From the NCBI GenBank assembly GCA_965637545.1, contig OZ281495.1, forward strand, positions 21,080,001 through 21,144,000: DNA of 64,000 bases, read 5' to 3'. The stretch is from Phallusia mammillata. Its lineage: Eukaryota. The notes beneath the pieces were generated by a model. It saw nothing but the letters and a program-made list of their open reading frames with translations, was not told where the DNA came from and searched no databases. Made by a program: the position numbers and the translations under genes. Position 1 is the first letter of the stretch. The number at the start of each line of letters is the position of its first letter. Positions 50,079-62,214 of this stretch are shown here, piece by piece.

Positions 50079-53000
50079 CTATACCAGACAATTTTGATTT
50101 GAATTCGATTGTACTGAATTTTCATGGGACGTACTAGGACTGTTCCTAGTGTTCAGCAAACATGTTTGTTCATCATCTTCTGTAAAAATTAGTAAAAAAC
50201 AAATTGAAATAAGTTAAATTCTGGTTAAGGTCATCAACAATGTAGAAAACGAACTATATTCATAATCCGAACATTAGAGCTAAAAACATGGGCTTATGCT
50301 CGCCATTCCTTACCAAGTGTGTTGCAAGCACGTTGATCGTAAAACATCCGAGTTTCAAGAAGTCTCTGTCTTTGTGCTTGAATAACAAGGCTTTGTGATA
50401 CGTCGGGAATGATTACGTCTACGATGACTTTCAGCCCAAAAACTACGTGCTATCAATCACAAGAAAAAAATTAACAACATAAAAAAGGCTTATAATTAGT
50501 ACAGAATTGGTTTCATATGGCAATTAGTTTTTGTTGAAGCAGAATTAAAATGTGTTTTTTTTGTATGACTTGGAGGCCTTTCGAGTTACTGGCTTTTTTC
50601 AAATGCTTCACTGGTCAAACCAACTATGATCATAATTTTTGCACATGTGCATTGATCAGCTATTTTAAGACACTTGTGCTTCTCCAAAACCAATTGATCG
50701 TCACACGCACCAAAAGGTACTGTTAGATTTTGGTTTCCGATATGGCTGCATACTTTCCAATTCTCTTAAATGCAACTCTTTTACCTTGAAGGATTAGACC
50801 CTGTGTTACAGACAGGTTGAAAAACGTAATAAAATATAACAGTATCGGTCTTGAAAACGATGTCAAATTTAAGTTTTTAATTGCATCCGAGAGCTCACCT
50901 CAAAAACAAACATGAAAATAAATATCCCAGCATACACATGCCAATGATTCACGTCGTGTCCTGTGTGGTGAATGGAATCGTTGGGATCTACATTTTCATA
51001 CCTATAACATTCATAAAATTACATTATTAACATGTGTATACAATGTGTAGGTTTTCATACAAAACCGTAAACGTAGCCTTGAAGTCCAAGTTATTTTGCA
51101 AACGTGTTGTCTCATTATATGACCTACCAACAGGTTGAAGGCACGCCAGCAGCTGAGGAGTTGTATGGTGGGCGTTTGTCAATTAGTTCCACTGAAATAT
51201 TGGATAGGGTGCTCATAACGTAGCCCTCGAAACAACTGCAAAAATAGCAAACTTTATATCGTTGTTTACACACAGTTCATACCTTAGTATTCACCGAAGT
51301 GATTGCAGCATAAATTGGGGGGAAATACACACCATATAGTTTAATAAAAGCCTATAGTCGTTCTTGGCTACAAAGTATTGACGTTCAGCATTATAGGACC
51401 TTAGACGGTGGAAAATCTCATTCTTGTACTCCACCAACCGGGCCAAATGAGTGGGCTCGTTTACAACAGCGAGGGTTTAAACTTTAAATCATATTGCGGT
51501 AGGCTAAAATTTTAGGACCCAACCCCTTACCAATTCTATAACATAAATCAGAGTTGCAAGCGGGCCCGAAATCTGAACCCGAACCCGGCCCGAACCCGGC
51601 CCGAACCCGGCCCGAACCCGAAAGTATAAGCCCGAAGCCCGGCCCGAACCCGAAACGTTTTTGAAAAGCCCGTTTAGGCCCGAAATTTTGATTGACAGGC
51701 TTATCCACGAAAGCCTTGCGACAAAGTATGAGAAAGAAAAACAGAGAAAAGATAACAAACACAATGAACAATAGTAGACAATGGGGTAAACAATACGTTT
51801 TAGAGTAGGGTGGGCATTAGGTCAAAGCCAGAGAATTGTTACTAAAAAATGGCGGAAACGGAACGTAAAGTCAGGCCCGTTTTGCGCCCGTTTTCTGACA
51901 AATACCTAAGCCCGAACCCGGCCCGAACCCGAACCCGGCCCGAAAAACCCGGCCCGACTTGCAACTCTGACATGAATAAAATAAATTCTATGACATGAAA
52001 CAAATCGATTCCACTAACTTGTCAGAACGGTTTGGATTTATTGCACAAGGGCTGTAAAGTGCAATGTAGACCATCTTCTGTATGAAGTTAGATGTGATGC
52101 CGATGAGGAGACCGTTAGTTAACACTGCCACAATACTGATACCCTCTAGTATTGAGAACCACATTCCTACAAAAAATAATAAGTTAGTGATCAATCTATA
52201 CAACTAAATTTTATACGCAATATATTATCATGAAAATAAACATAGACATTAAAGAGGCTCACATGCGGAATACCGTGTGCTGTGAGGTAACGTTTACTAT
52301 TTAAAATGTGATTGAAAGTTTGGCGGTCACGGTGTACAAACAGACATAAAATCTTACCAATGTCCTTGCTGCGATCAGGTACAACTCGTCGATACTGGGT
52401 CACAAACTTGTAGGCGTCTAATCTGATCTCAATAACGTTGTTGAGCAAAGCAAAAAGTGGGCCAAGTGGGAAAGCAGTAACAAACAACGTTACAAAGCCA
52501 AACTGTATAACTGCAAAAGACGTAATGTGTTTGATATTGCCCCGTATTATATTAACCTACACCAAGATCAATATTGCTGCAATTAGTGACCTGTAATGCA
52601 ATCATTCGATGCCATGCGGTATGAGTTTTGTAATATATCCAATATTAGTGCATAATTCATGCCGAAGACTGATTCAAATTGGTTTACATAAGCTGCTGAC
52701 ATTTTTAACAAATTCGATTCAACTTGCCCATTTCAAGATATTCCGAGAAAAGTCCAAGTTCTTCAAATGGTTCCAACGAATAATCGCGAAATGTTGCTTG
52801 ATCGAGCAGCTTGTCCGACAGTTCGTCCTGTGAATTTTTTTGTGGTGATTCTGTTGAGTGTGAATAATGATAAGGTTAACGTTACATAGGAATAAATCAC
52901 AGTACGCCAGGCCCATTGAAGGCGCTATACCGAATCAGCCGGTCACCAAGCATTCACCACCATATGGCAAGGCGTAGGCTAGAAAAATCTAGCCTGCGGT

Positions 53001-56000
53001 GGGATTCGAACCCACGACAGGAGTCTTTCCGGGACTCGCGCTCTACCAACTGAGCTACACAGGCCCAGTGGAGAATCCGCCGAAAGTCGAATCACAAGCA
53101 CCGTTGCCTGCCTCGTATGCTGCACATGTCAGCTTCGTAGTAGGGGATCGCCAGATTGACCAGTATCAGTTAAGATGAACATAAATTCATAACTGGGATC
53201 AGCCCTGAAGCGTCTATGCAGACCAGCGATCACGGCACACTCATATATAAATCACAGTACGCCAGGCCCATTGAAGGCGCTTGTGATTCGACTTTCGGCG
53301 GATTCTCCACTGGGCCTGTGTAGCTCAGTTGGTAGTTCGGCGGATTCTCCACCGCAGGCTAGATTTTTCTAGCCTACGCCTTGCCATATGGTGGTGAATG
53401 CTTGGTGACCGGCTGATTCGGTATAGCGCCTTCAATGGGCCTGGCGTACTGTGATTTACATATGAGTGTGCCGTGATCGCTGGTCTGCATAGACGCTTCA
53501 GGGCTGATCCCAGTTATGAATTTATGTTCATCTTACATAGGAATAGGACTATAGTAAACAGGAGGTACAATGTGTCGTTGTAAGGTAACGTTATTTTTAG
53601 TATTTAATGTTATTCACGTTTTTCTGGAACTGTTTTGATTCCAAATACCTTTAATCCTTTTCTCCAAATCCTTTTTAAGTTTCATCGATTTTCTCTTTTT
53701 CCACCAGTTTGACAACACTCTGTGCAAACAATTCTATTTAGCCTCAAAATAGTGCACATTCAGGTCTAAAACTAGCAAATATCGCTTACGGAAAGAGTAT
53801 TTCTTTGATGTTGTTTAGTGCTTGCTTCAATACCATCACTAATCCAAGATTAATACAAACTTCGATCAAGCAACCAGCTGGATCACACTGAAAATACGGA
53901 TAGCGGTTTAACCCTTACAAATTCTATTCACCTTGTAGACAAAACGATTTCAAAGCCAAAAAACATCAAGTAGCTGCATGACTATGTTATGTGTTAAAAC
54001 CATGGTACTCTTGGTAATTGTTTAGAATCTGTTTAGGATTGTAAAAAATAAGTTTTTGAAATTTTACTGTATATACGGTCTAACTCTAACCTGTTCCTGG
54101 CGAAAACCTCCAATGCGGTTGTAGCTAAATGGTGTTCCAACAACCCTACCGCGGAAAAAAGCGGCATAAAAAGTAGAAGAATAATAGTTAACTGCTTGAA
54201 ACAGAAACATCTTAAGAGTGTAAGAATCCTCAAACTCATCCTGTGTTCGTGGAGCCTCTGCAACGTCACATATTTACAACAACATAAAGTCAAAAGGTCA
54301 GTCTTCATTAATGCAACCAACTTACCCATGTTGGTGAGTTTGATGGCCAGTTTCTGATATAACTTAAAAAAATCAAATATATGTTTGATATTGAATTGGA
54401 AGTTTGTTAAAGCAACCAAGCATCTACATTTTCAAGTTAATGGCTAGAACACATATGATATAATTATTTTGTTGATAATAATAATTACACGTATCGCCTG
54501 TAAACACAACTTTGGTCTATATAACTTATGTGTATATCTGCTCATAAGAAAAGTTATGACTGTAAATCATATACCACATCCATAATGGTAATGATGATAA
54601 AGTTAATGAAAGAGGCCGAGACCGAGATAAGAAGGCGGGAGTTTTGTCGCAGAAATACATCAGGTGTGCTGTAGTAAGCTACTTCAGTGAGAATTGTTCT
54701 GTATAGAATCACACCGAAAAGAGCAGCCAGTACCAGGAGTAACTGTGAAAAATAGCATTAAATATATCAAAGTTGTCGAAGTTTAAAACCATAAATTTTA
54801 CGACTGTTTGAGTAGCCTATATAACTTTTATGTATCTTTTTGTTATTTTCGAAACGCTTACCATGAACAAAAACGTTGTACATGATGCAGCGATTCTTTT
54901 TCCTTTGAGGTTAGATGACAAATATGGTTCTTGCTTTCCAGTCACCGGATTCAACTTTTGCTTGTTGGCCACAGTTTCAAATTCTGGTCGGACCAGGCCC
55001 TAAATAAGTCACAAGTCACTTACTAAACTTAGGAATGACAACAAATGATAACTTAAATTACACAATTTGTACCTCTTGCCGGTTGATGTCATTCGTATCC
55101 CACTTGTACGCCAGTTCTGCACGCCTTCGCTTCCAAAATTCCAGGAAAAATGTTGCTACACAATTTACAACAAGAGTTTGGTTTGTGAAAATGGTGTTAG
55201 GCAATAAATATCACCCACACAAGCAACATATCAATTTTATTGCGATCATAGGGCTATTGTCCTAAATTTAATACTTTTCTTTTATTGCAAGGTTCAAAAA
55301 ATAGGTTTAAAATGAACACAAACAGCAACGGTTAACGATTTACAAAACTGCTGGAAGTGTGTGTTGTTAAGATAAAGGTATCTCCTACACCCGGCACAGA
55401 CCCGATTGAAAGTTGCTGAAATTACAACACAAATAAGCCATAATGTGCGAATTAACACCTGAATCAAGTTCAGTTTATTTACACTCAAACCCAAACTTGA
55501 ATTCAACCCGCAGACCGCGCGAATTACAACAAAATGCAGTAACAGTCATGGGTTACCTACCCCATATCGCCATGATAAAGGAATAGATCACAGTGAACGT
55601 GTTGTCAAACACGTAGGTCACTTGACTGTACAGACACGAGTGGTTGAGTGGGACAAAAGTGCAGGTGTCGCAAAGCGGACAAATCTCCAAATTCGAACTG
55701 CAAACCTGTTGCCTGTATAAAAAGTTGGTTTGTGTATAAAAACGTTTTCGCAATTAATAACTTAAACACTTTACCAACACGACAGAACTTTTGTTCAAAA
55801 TACGTGAGGTAAAACGAGTGCGCCAAACTGAAAATATCGTGTTTCATTTCGCCTAAGTTTTCATGTTTTACCCAACTTACTGTATTTCGTCGCTCGCAAC
55901 AGTGCCGAGGCCGTACAAGAATGCAAGAACACCAAGGATCGCCGCAGGTATCAACATTTCTGTATAAAATCCCAACCAAGCAAAGTAAACTCCAATTTTC

Positions 56001-58643
56001 TCTCCAAAATACTGTCTGTAATGAATAAAAAAAATGTTTTTTTGTGATAAACCCATTGTTTGCATTAATGTAGATTCAGATTTCACAAAATCAGTGTAGA
56101 GAAACTTAACTTGAACGACTTTGGCTTTTTAGAATTACATGTTTTTAGAAACCCAAAGGCAAGAGTTTAGTATTAGCCTAAATATAAACACTTCACTGTT
56201 CCCCAAAATATATGTGTAGTAAATATAACCTATAATAACTTAATGGGGGCCAACAAAAGTATAATTATTGCTGCCCTTCCTTGTCGTTTTTCAGAAGAGG
56301 AAATGTTATTGAGGGAAAACCAGAAAGCATATAGGAAACAAGCAAAATTATACAAAAGTTTGCATCGCTGGGCGCTTTGTGTTCTTTGTACTCACCGAAT
56401 AAGTTCCAGTGGCTGGTACAACAACCAAGCTCCAGGTCGTGCCCAAGTCCAATACAAAGTTTGCCTTTCATTGAGTAATGAGCTGGTACCTAAAATAAAC
56501 GTATGCACGTCATATGAACTAGGCGGAAGGGTTATGGTTGACTATTTTAGCTGTCAATTAGACATTTATCGGATTCTAATTAGTCGAGAGTAGGTCATCG
56601 CCCGAACGGATCGGGCAGTACTTTATCATCGAATTGCCCTGCATGCCCCGAACCTGTTGACCACACACAGTAGACATTTCACGAATTTCCGGTTGCGTTT
56701 TCGATTTGATGAATTACAATCATCCCCTTCCGAACTGGAGGGCAAAAATACAATCTATCCTGTTCGTTTTTTAACTTTATGTTCGAATAACAAATTCACA
56801 AGTTTCTTGCTTTGCTGTAAAGATATTCAGGTGATACGAAAACAATTCAATAAGAACAATGTGTGCTCAAAGCACTTGTTATTATTAGTGTTATTATAAT
56901 AGTATATATACTGTTCTTTGGAATTTGAAATGTCGGGATTTTAACTAACATATAACTAACATACCAGGTGACTTATCTGGTAACTTCCAATTTCCATCAT
57001 GCAGCGGGTAATCAGCCAAGTAAACGCGTTGATTTCGCAATCTTTCAATTCCGACAGCGGTTTCACAGAATTTAGTGGTTTTTAGTATTCCACTCACCTG
57101 AAATAAGGTATAGTTTTACAATATCGAGAATTAACTAAAATGGGTGGCTAATTTAGTCTCATCTTAGCTACTTTCAAACCGACTCATTAACAGTATTTTA
57201 GGTTTTTGTACAATGTAGTCGCTTCAAACAACTTACAATCCGAAATCTTTCGGCGTGTGTGAAAAAAGTGTCCTTGTCCTCGATTAAAAACCTAAAAAAT
57301 GTTCAAACTTTAAAGCGTTATGACATACAATAAACAACAATCATATACGTACGAAGATATACGAGCCCGGTCGAACGGCGAGGTAAAATACTTTTGATCA
57401 GTTTCGTGTGTATCGAACTGATATCCGGGTTTAGTCAGCTTAGGAGAATCCATGGTAAACCTCTGCATCCACTGTACAAAAATAGTTCGCTTTCAGTAAA
57501 TATTTCGATAAATTATGCTCTTTATCCGCATGCAAAACATAGGGTAAGCCTAGTTATGGGTTTTTAGCCCACACCAAACACTCTACCCTACCAAACATAT
57601 TAGTATTGTTTCACAACAGGGAAAACTGTCCGTTGGAAATCCTATCGTTGATCTAATTTTGTAGGTCACAATTGGACTTGTTAACTTACGTTAGAACATC
57701 GATTTGGTTTTCCCGTTGAACTTTCCAAGATGTTGTTGACAGCGATAGGTTTTCTCATTCTCGTTAGTTCGGCCCACTTGCAAAGGGTGTCCCATGGCGC
57801 GTGAATTTTCACAAAAACCGACCCATGTTTTTCTTTATCGAGCTCATCTCTGCTGCCATTATCCTTTCGCTAATATTTCAAAAAACAAGGAAATCCACTT
57901 CGACAAAATAGCAAATCCATTGCCAACCCCAAGTATATAGCTTTATATATCGATTATAAATTGTTTTTGTCGCAAACCGCCGTTGGTCTCAACGCAGTTT
58001 TTTACCAAACACAATGTCATGTTGATTTAAAATCAAATTCAGTACAATTTAATACAATCGATTGCTACCCCACCTTTTTATATTAAGCTTATAACAAGGT
58101 TATAATAAGGACGTATATGCATCTGCAACAGTTTCGCTATTTAAACTTGATTCGTCTGAAAATATTATATCTTACCTTTCTATGCAAGGGAAAACGGAGT
58201 TTACCATCACAAGATCCGTCGTCTTCCAAAATTTCCGTTTCCAACACTAAACCCTCCGCTTGTAAGTTATTCTCGAATGTTTGCCTCCAATCATTCTTTT
58301 CTTTTCGCATAGATTGATCGTGTATTAGAATGTAATCAATCGGTGTTATTCCATCCCGAAAAAAGTTTTCTGAACTCGTCTGCAACAAGATGATTATCAA
58401 CTGAAGTCCTTCAAACTTTTATGTGAATAATGATCTTAAGAAAACATGATATCAGGTTGTCGTCTCACTATTCGTGCAGACTGTCCGCCATAAAAGGAAC
58501 CTAATCACACCTATCTGTTTAGATTTATACAAACATCCATTATTTTGTCTTCACAATTTTTTTAATTTTTACAGCCGCACCTTAATCTTTGTGTCTTTTG
58601 TTGTAGAATCTTGATCAGCGTTTTCAATTTCTCGTTCCGACAT
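50079..58643 (-). CDS. ANO: Anoctamin / TMEM16 family protein, multi-exon
   Basis: Exon 1 58581-58643 ([12 protein letters not shown]...), then [141 protein letters not shown], and last exon ...NQNCLV* ending at 50079. Ca2+-binding acidic residues of helices 6-8 are present. Confidence 0.95.
51549..51969. mobile_element. hAT MITE, 421 bp, in anoctamin intron
   Basis: TIR CAGAGTTGCAAG / CTTGCAACTCTG; TSD ACATAAAT / ACATGAAT (7 of 8 match); arrays of CCCGAA/CCCGG subterminal repeats at both ends. Confidence 0.88.
52893..53535. mobile_element. Composite repeat element carrying a tRNA-like cassette, with direct and nested inverted repeats
   Basis: Block order A-B-tRNA-C-D-E-A-C'-B'-A'-E' (primes = reverse complement), copies almost identical; 13-nt direct repeat TTACATAGGAATA at both boundaries (52882-52894, 53533-53545). 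Confidence 0.85.
52991..53064 (-). pseudogene. tRNA-like sequence (intact A and B boxes, atypical anticodon arm)
   Basis: Acceptor stem GCCTGTG/CGCAGGC, D-arm GCTC-AGTTGGTA-GAGC, T-arm GTGGG-TTCGAAT-CCCAC, followed by TTTTT. Anticodon loop CCGGAAA lacks U33, there is an extra nt before the anticodon stem, and the variable loop is short although GGA would read Ser (Ser tRNAs have a long arm). Probably not a functional tRNA. Confidence 0.8.
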
Positions 58644-61600
58644 TTTTTCCAGCAAATCAATAACAACTGCGGCGTCACATACACAGTAGACGTTGTAATC
58701 GTGAACTGATTTCCGTTTTTAGCAACAATTGTGAGAAAACACAACACACTGAGAAAAAATATGCATTGACTTACTATAGCTGAAACAACAAAAACTGACA
58801 CTCTGCTACGACGTGAGATAGAACCGGACGGGCTTGGTACGCACGACAAAACACGAGCACAAGTTTCATTAATCATCACTTTTCATCTTGACAAGCCTTA
58901 AATTAACGAACCTATTACCTACAGGTAAAAGTTATGCTGGTATTATAAGCATGTTAAACTAAATTGTCGTGCAACTAAGCAGAATACTAAACGTTCGAAT
59001 TTGAATGAATGAGTTTGAAAAACCCTAGAAAGTTACGTATACATATTTTTTAGCAAACGTTACTTTATTTTACTTGATTATTATTGGCCCTTACAAAGTT
59101 TTAATTATGTCCCTTTTTTCAAACATAAATGCCTGCTCCTGATAAGCCCCTAACAAACATAATCAGATGTACAGACTTTTATCGTTTGTTTAGGAACTAA
59201 GTATGCGTGTGTTTATGTTGTGAAATCTGTTTGCTGGTAAGTTCTTAACTTATGTGACAATAGCATGTCGTTATGGCAAATTGGTTGATGTTGACATGAA
59301 AACTACCGGGGCAATAAGTTGTGAAATAAATAATCGATTTTATTAAGGTCGTCAGTCATCTTATGATTACTCTGATTACAACAACCTGGATACATGCAGA
59401 AAAACTTTGTTAATGTCCTTCCAATGGTAACGAACTCTTGTTGATCGCTCGTGTAGGTCTTGTAAAACATAAGCCCCAGCACGCGTCATCATAAAGTTAA
59501 ATCAATAAACACGCGTAAACACAAGCACAGATTATGGCGGTAAATAATTGACAGATAAAAAGGAATTGAAAGTACTAACGTTGTTTTCGCCATTTTTTCG
59601 TCGTTGTCCTACATTCGCTGCACAAACATACTCGGTTGAAAATCGTTTGCAGAAACCCAACACCGACCAACGCCCAGTCCTCGCCCATTACGTTGTGGAT
59701 ACTGATGTGAGACCTGATCCGGGGTGAGGTATTCGCGCCTTGATGCTTTCAATCGGAAAGACGTCACGCGGCGAGTCGCCTTCATTCAGGTGGCTTGTAT
59801 TTTGCTGGGAACAATTGCGTGAGAGTGTTGTGGCGCAGGTATGAATATTGGCCGGGAAGGTTGTCTTTGTTGTCGCGGACAACAGGCTGGCAACTGTTTA
59901 CAGCTCCAGCAACCAGGTCAGCAGCCAATCACGAGCGAGGACGGTGACGCTTGCTGAGGGTTGGACCTTCCGTGTGGTTTCGCTCGACAAGTTACGGAGT
60001 GTTATCACAAAACATTGAGTTACAACTGACTTGCGCGATACGCTTTCGACCTCTCCGCGTTTGTGGTGGCCCGGGTTCGGATTCGCACGCATCGTTTGAA
60101 GGACAGTTGCGCTGCCATGAAATTCCGCTTAATGGTGTTTGTGGAACGCCAAGAATTTCGGAATGATCAGACAGTTCCGTTTCGATGAAGGTTTTTGTGA
60201 TCAGCATCCGTTTAATGGGCGTTGTATGTGGATTCAAAGTTCCACCCCCAATAGCTAGACAAAAAGATTAACGCATTTCGATGGTCATTGTCTTTCGAAT
60301 GTTTGACCACGCACTGTAAGCACCCAGTTCTTAATAAAGGTTTGGTTGTAAAAGCTTAAGTCAGCAAAAGGAGTTCCCGAGCTGGTTTTATGCTTATTTA
60401 TTTTGCGGTTACCAGAAATTTCAAAACAGAAGAGCTGTTTTATCAACCCGAGAACAGTTAGCTCAGAACAAATAAACCTTGTATTGTTGCTTCCCACCAT
60501 AGCGTGCGTGTTTTGTCGGTTTAATCAATATTTTTCACAAGGTCATGTATGCCTTTGGTCTTTTGTTTGCATAAACTGCTAGGTACGAGTCATAGGGATA
60601 CAAACATGTTTTGCTCGAAGGATAACAGTAAAATATTATTCAATGCTCATTTTCAATAAAAAGCCATTAAAAAAGAATAACAGTAAACTTGTTTTGAATC
60701 GGTATTTTGATAAAAATCTGATAGTTGCAAATGTACGACTTGACGGTGGGCGTGTCTGTGATTCAAGTCTGCAGCTTGGCTGTAACTAAAATATTTTCCC
60801 GAACTAACTTTTTTTACACAAACAGCAACAATAAATCTGTCCAAATTGTACACAGAAAATGGTAACATAAAATTTCTAGTATACGTTGTGTTTCTTTGAC
60901 CCAACATTTAGATATTTTGTCGTTGATTAAGGTTGCTGTTTTAAATCGTTTATTTGAAGCAGTTAGCTGTGTAAGTGGTGTTTTGATTTAACTTTACGTT
61001 TCGTGAAGATACTTGAGGAGTTAATTTATGGCCTGTCAAACGCAGTCACTTTCAAGTCTCAAGTGCTTGCTGTTGAATACAGGGGTTGATCGAAATGAAA
61101 ATTGTAGTGGCGCGATGTTTGGCCAAGCCGCATGAACAGTCCAGCAAGTTGTTTTTGCCTCTAATCTGCACCTGGCAACGACCCTTTTGTTGACAGAACT
61201 CGGGTTAAAACGGTATATATTTGCGTGGTTTAAAGTCGAAAGGAGTGGTACATATTGGGAAAGCGGTTTAAAATTCTAAATTTAACTTTTACGTGTGTAC
61301 GTTGTGGAAAAATGCATTATGTTTCATAGTAATTAGATCATAGTAAATTTCTATCATCTCCAATGTTTGTTTTTTTATTTTATCTTAACCACCAGTCAGT
61401 TATTTAATGAAACAACGATATGAAGACAAGCTGTTGACAGCGGTAGAAAAATTGTTTGTGTGTTCTGAAGAGGTGCGTCAGGGCTTGTAGAGATTTTACA
61501 ACAACGAGCACTTTCCTTTCTCAAGGTCACACTCTCGTGGGGGAATGCGACCCTTTGCTTTGTAGTGCTCTTTTTAACACTTGACATTAGTGGCTCATGT

Positions 61601-62214
61601 TGTTCCACATTAAACAGGTGGTAACTGAGGGTATTTTTGTTTTTGACTTTTCCGTAAAATTACGGAAAGCCTTGTTTACCGGTGCGGATAGCCTAATATT
61701 GAACCAGCTGTTTACTGGTGGCCGAACCTAACTTCTTGTATTTATGATTATTATGGAGTTTATTATTTCTCATGTTGTAAATAAGTTGTGCTTTAAGCCT
61801 TTTCTGCTGCTTTTTTGATTGTGTCACTTCAGGTGGTATGTATCTCCCACGAAGAAACTCGTTATTTATTTTGTTAGGCGAGTTAATTGTGTCTTCCGAA
61901 ACAGGAAGTTTAACAGACCTTATTCATTCAAGGTCACTGGCAATGTTGACACTATTTTCATAGGGCGCAGAGCACATAGCAAATAAACGCAAAAGCGATT
62001 TGTCCCGGAACCTGACAAAACATTGCCGCGAGACTGGAACAAAAGACCGACAAGAGGACACTAAAAGCAATTTGTCCCGCGCACGTCAAACGGTGACTGT
62101 CAAATAAACAAGGCACTCGACCCGAACCGGTGTGAGGACAAGCGACCTGTTTACGTTTTTCCGAGCGTGTGGAGTTCTCCTCACATGACGTCAGAGCCAG
62201 TAGGAACAATAGAC

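Noticed and set aside
52991-53064. Functional tRNA-Ser(GGA)
   Set aside because: No U33, extra base before the anticodon stem, no long variable arm, and embedded in a rearranged repeat.
58562-58879. 105-aa ORF as the anoctamin N-terminus
   Set aside because: A different frame (ATG 58643, donor 58580) splices cleanly in phase 0 to the conserved FFRDG exon.
61648-61669. TTTCCGTAA-AA-TTACGGAAA hairpin
   Set aside because: A 9-bp arm in AT-rich DNA is expected by chance; no TSD.
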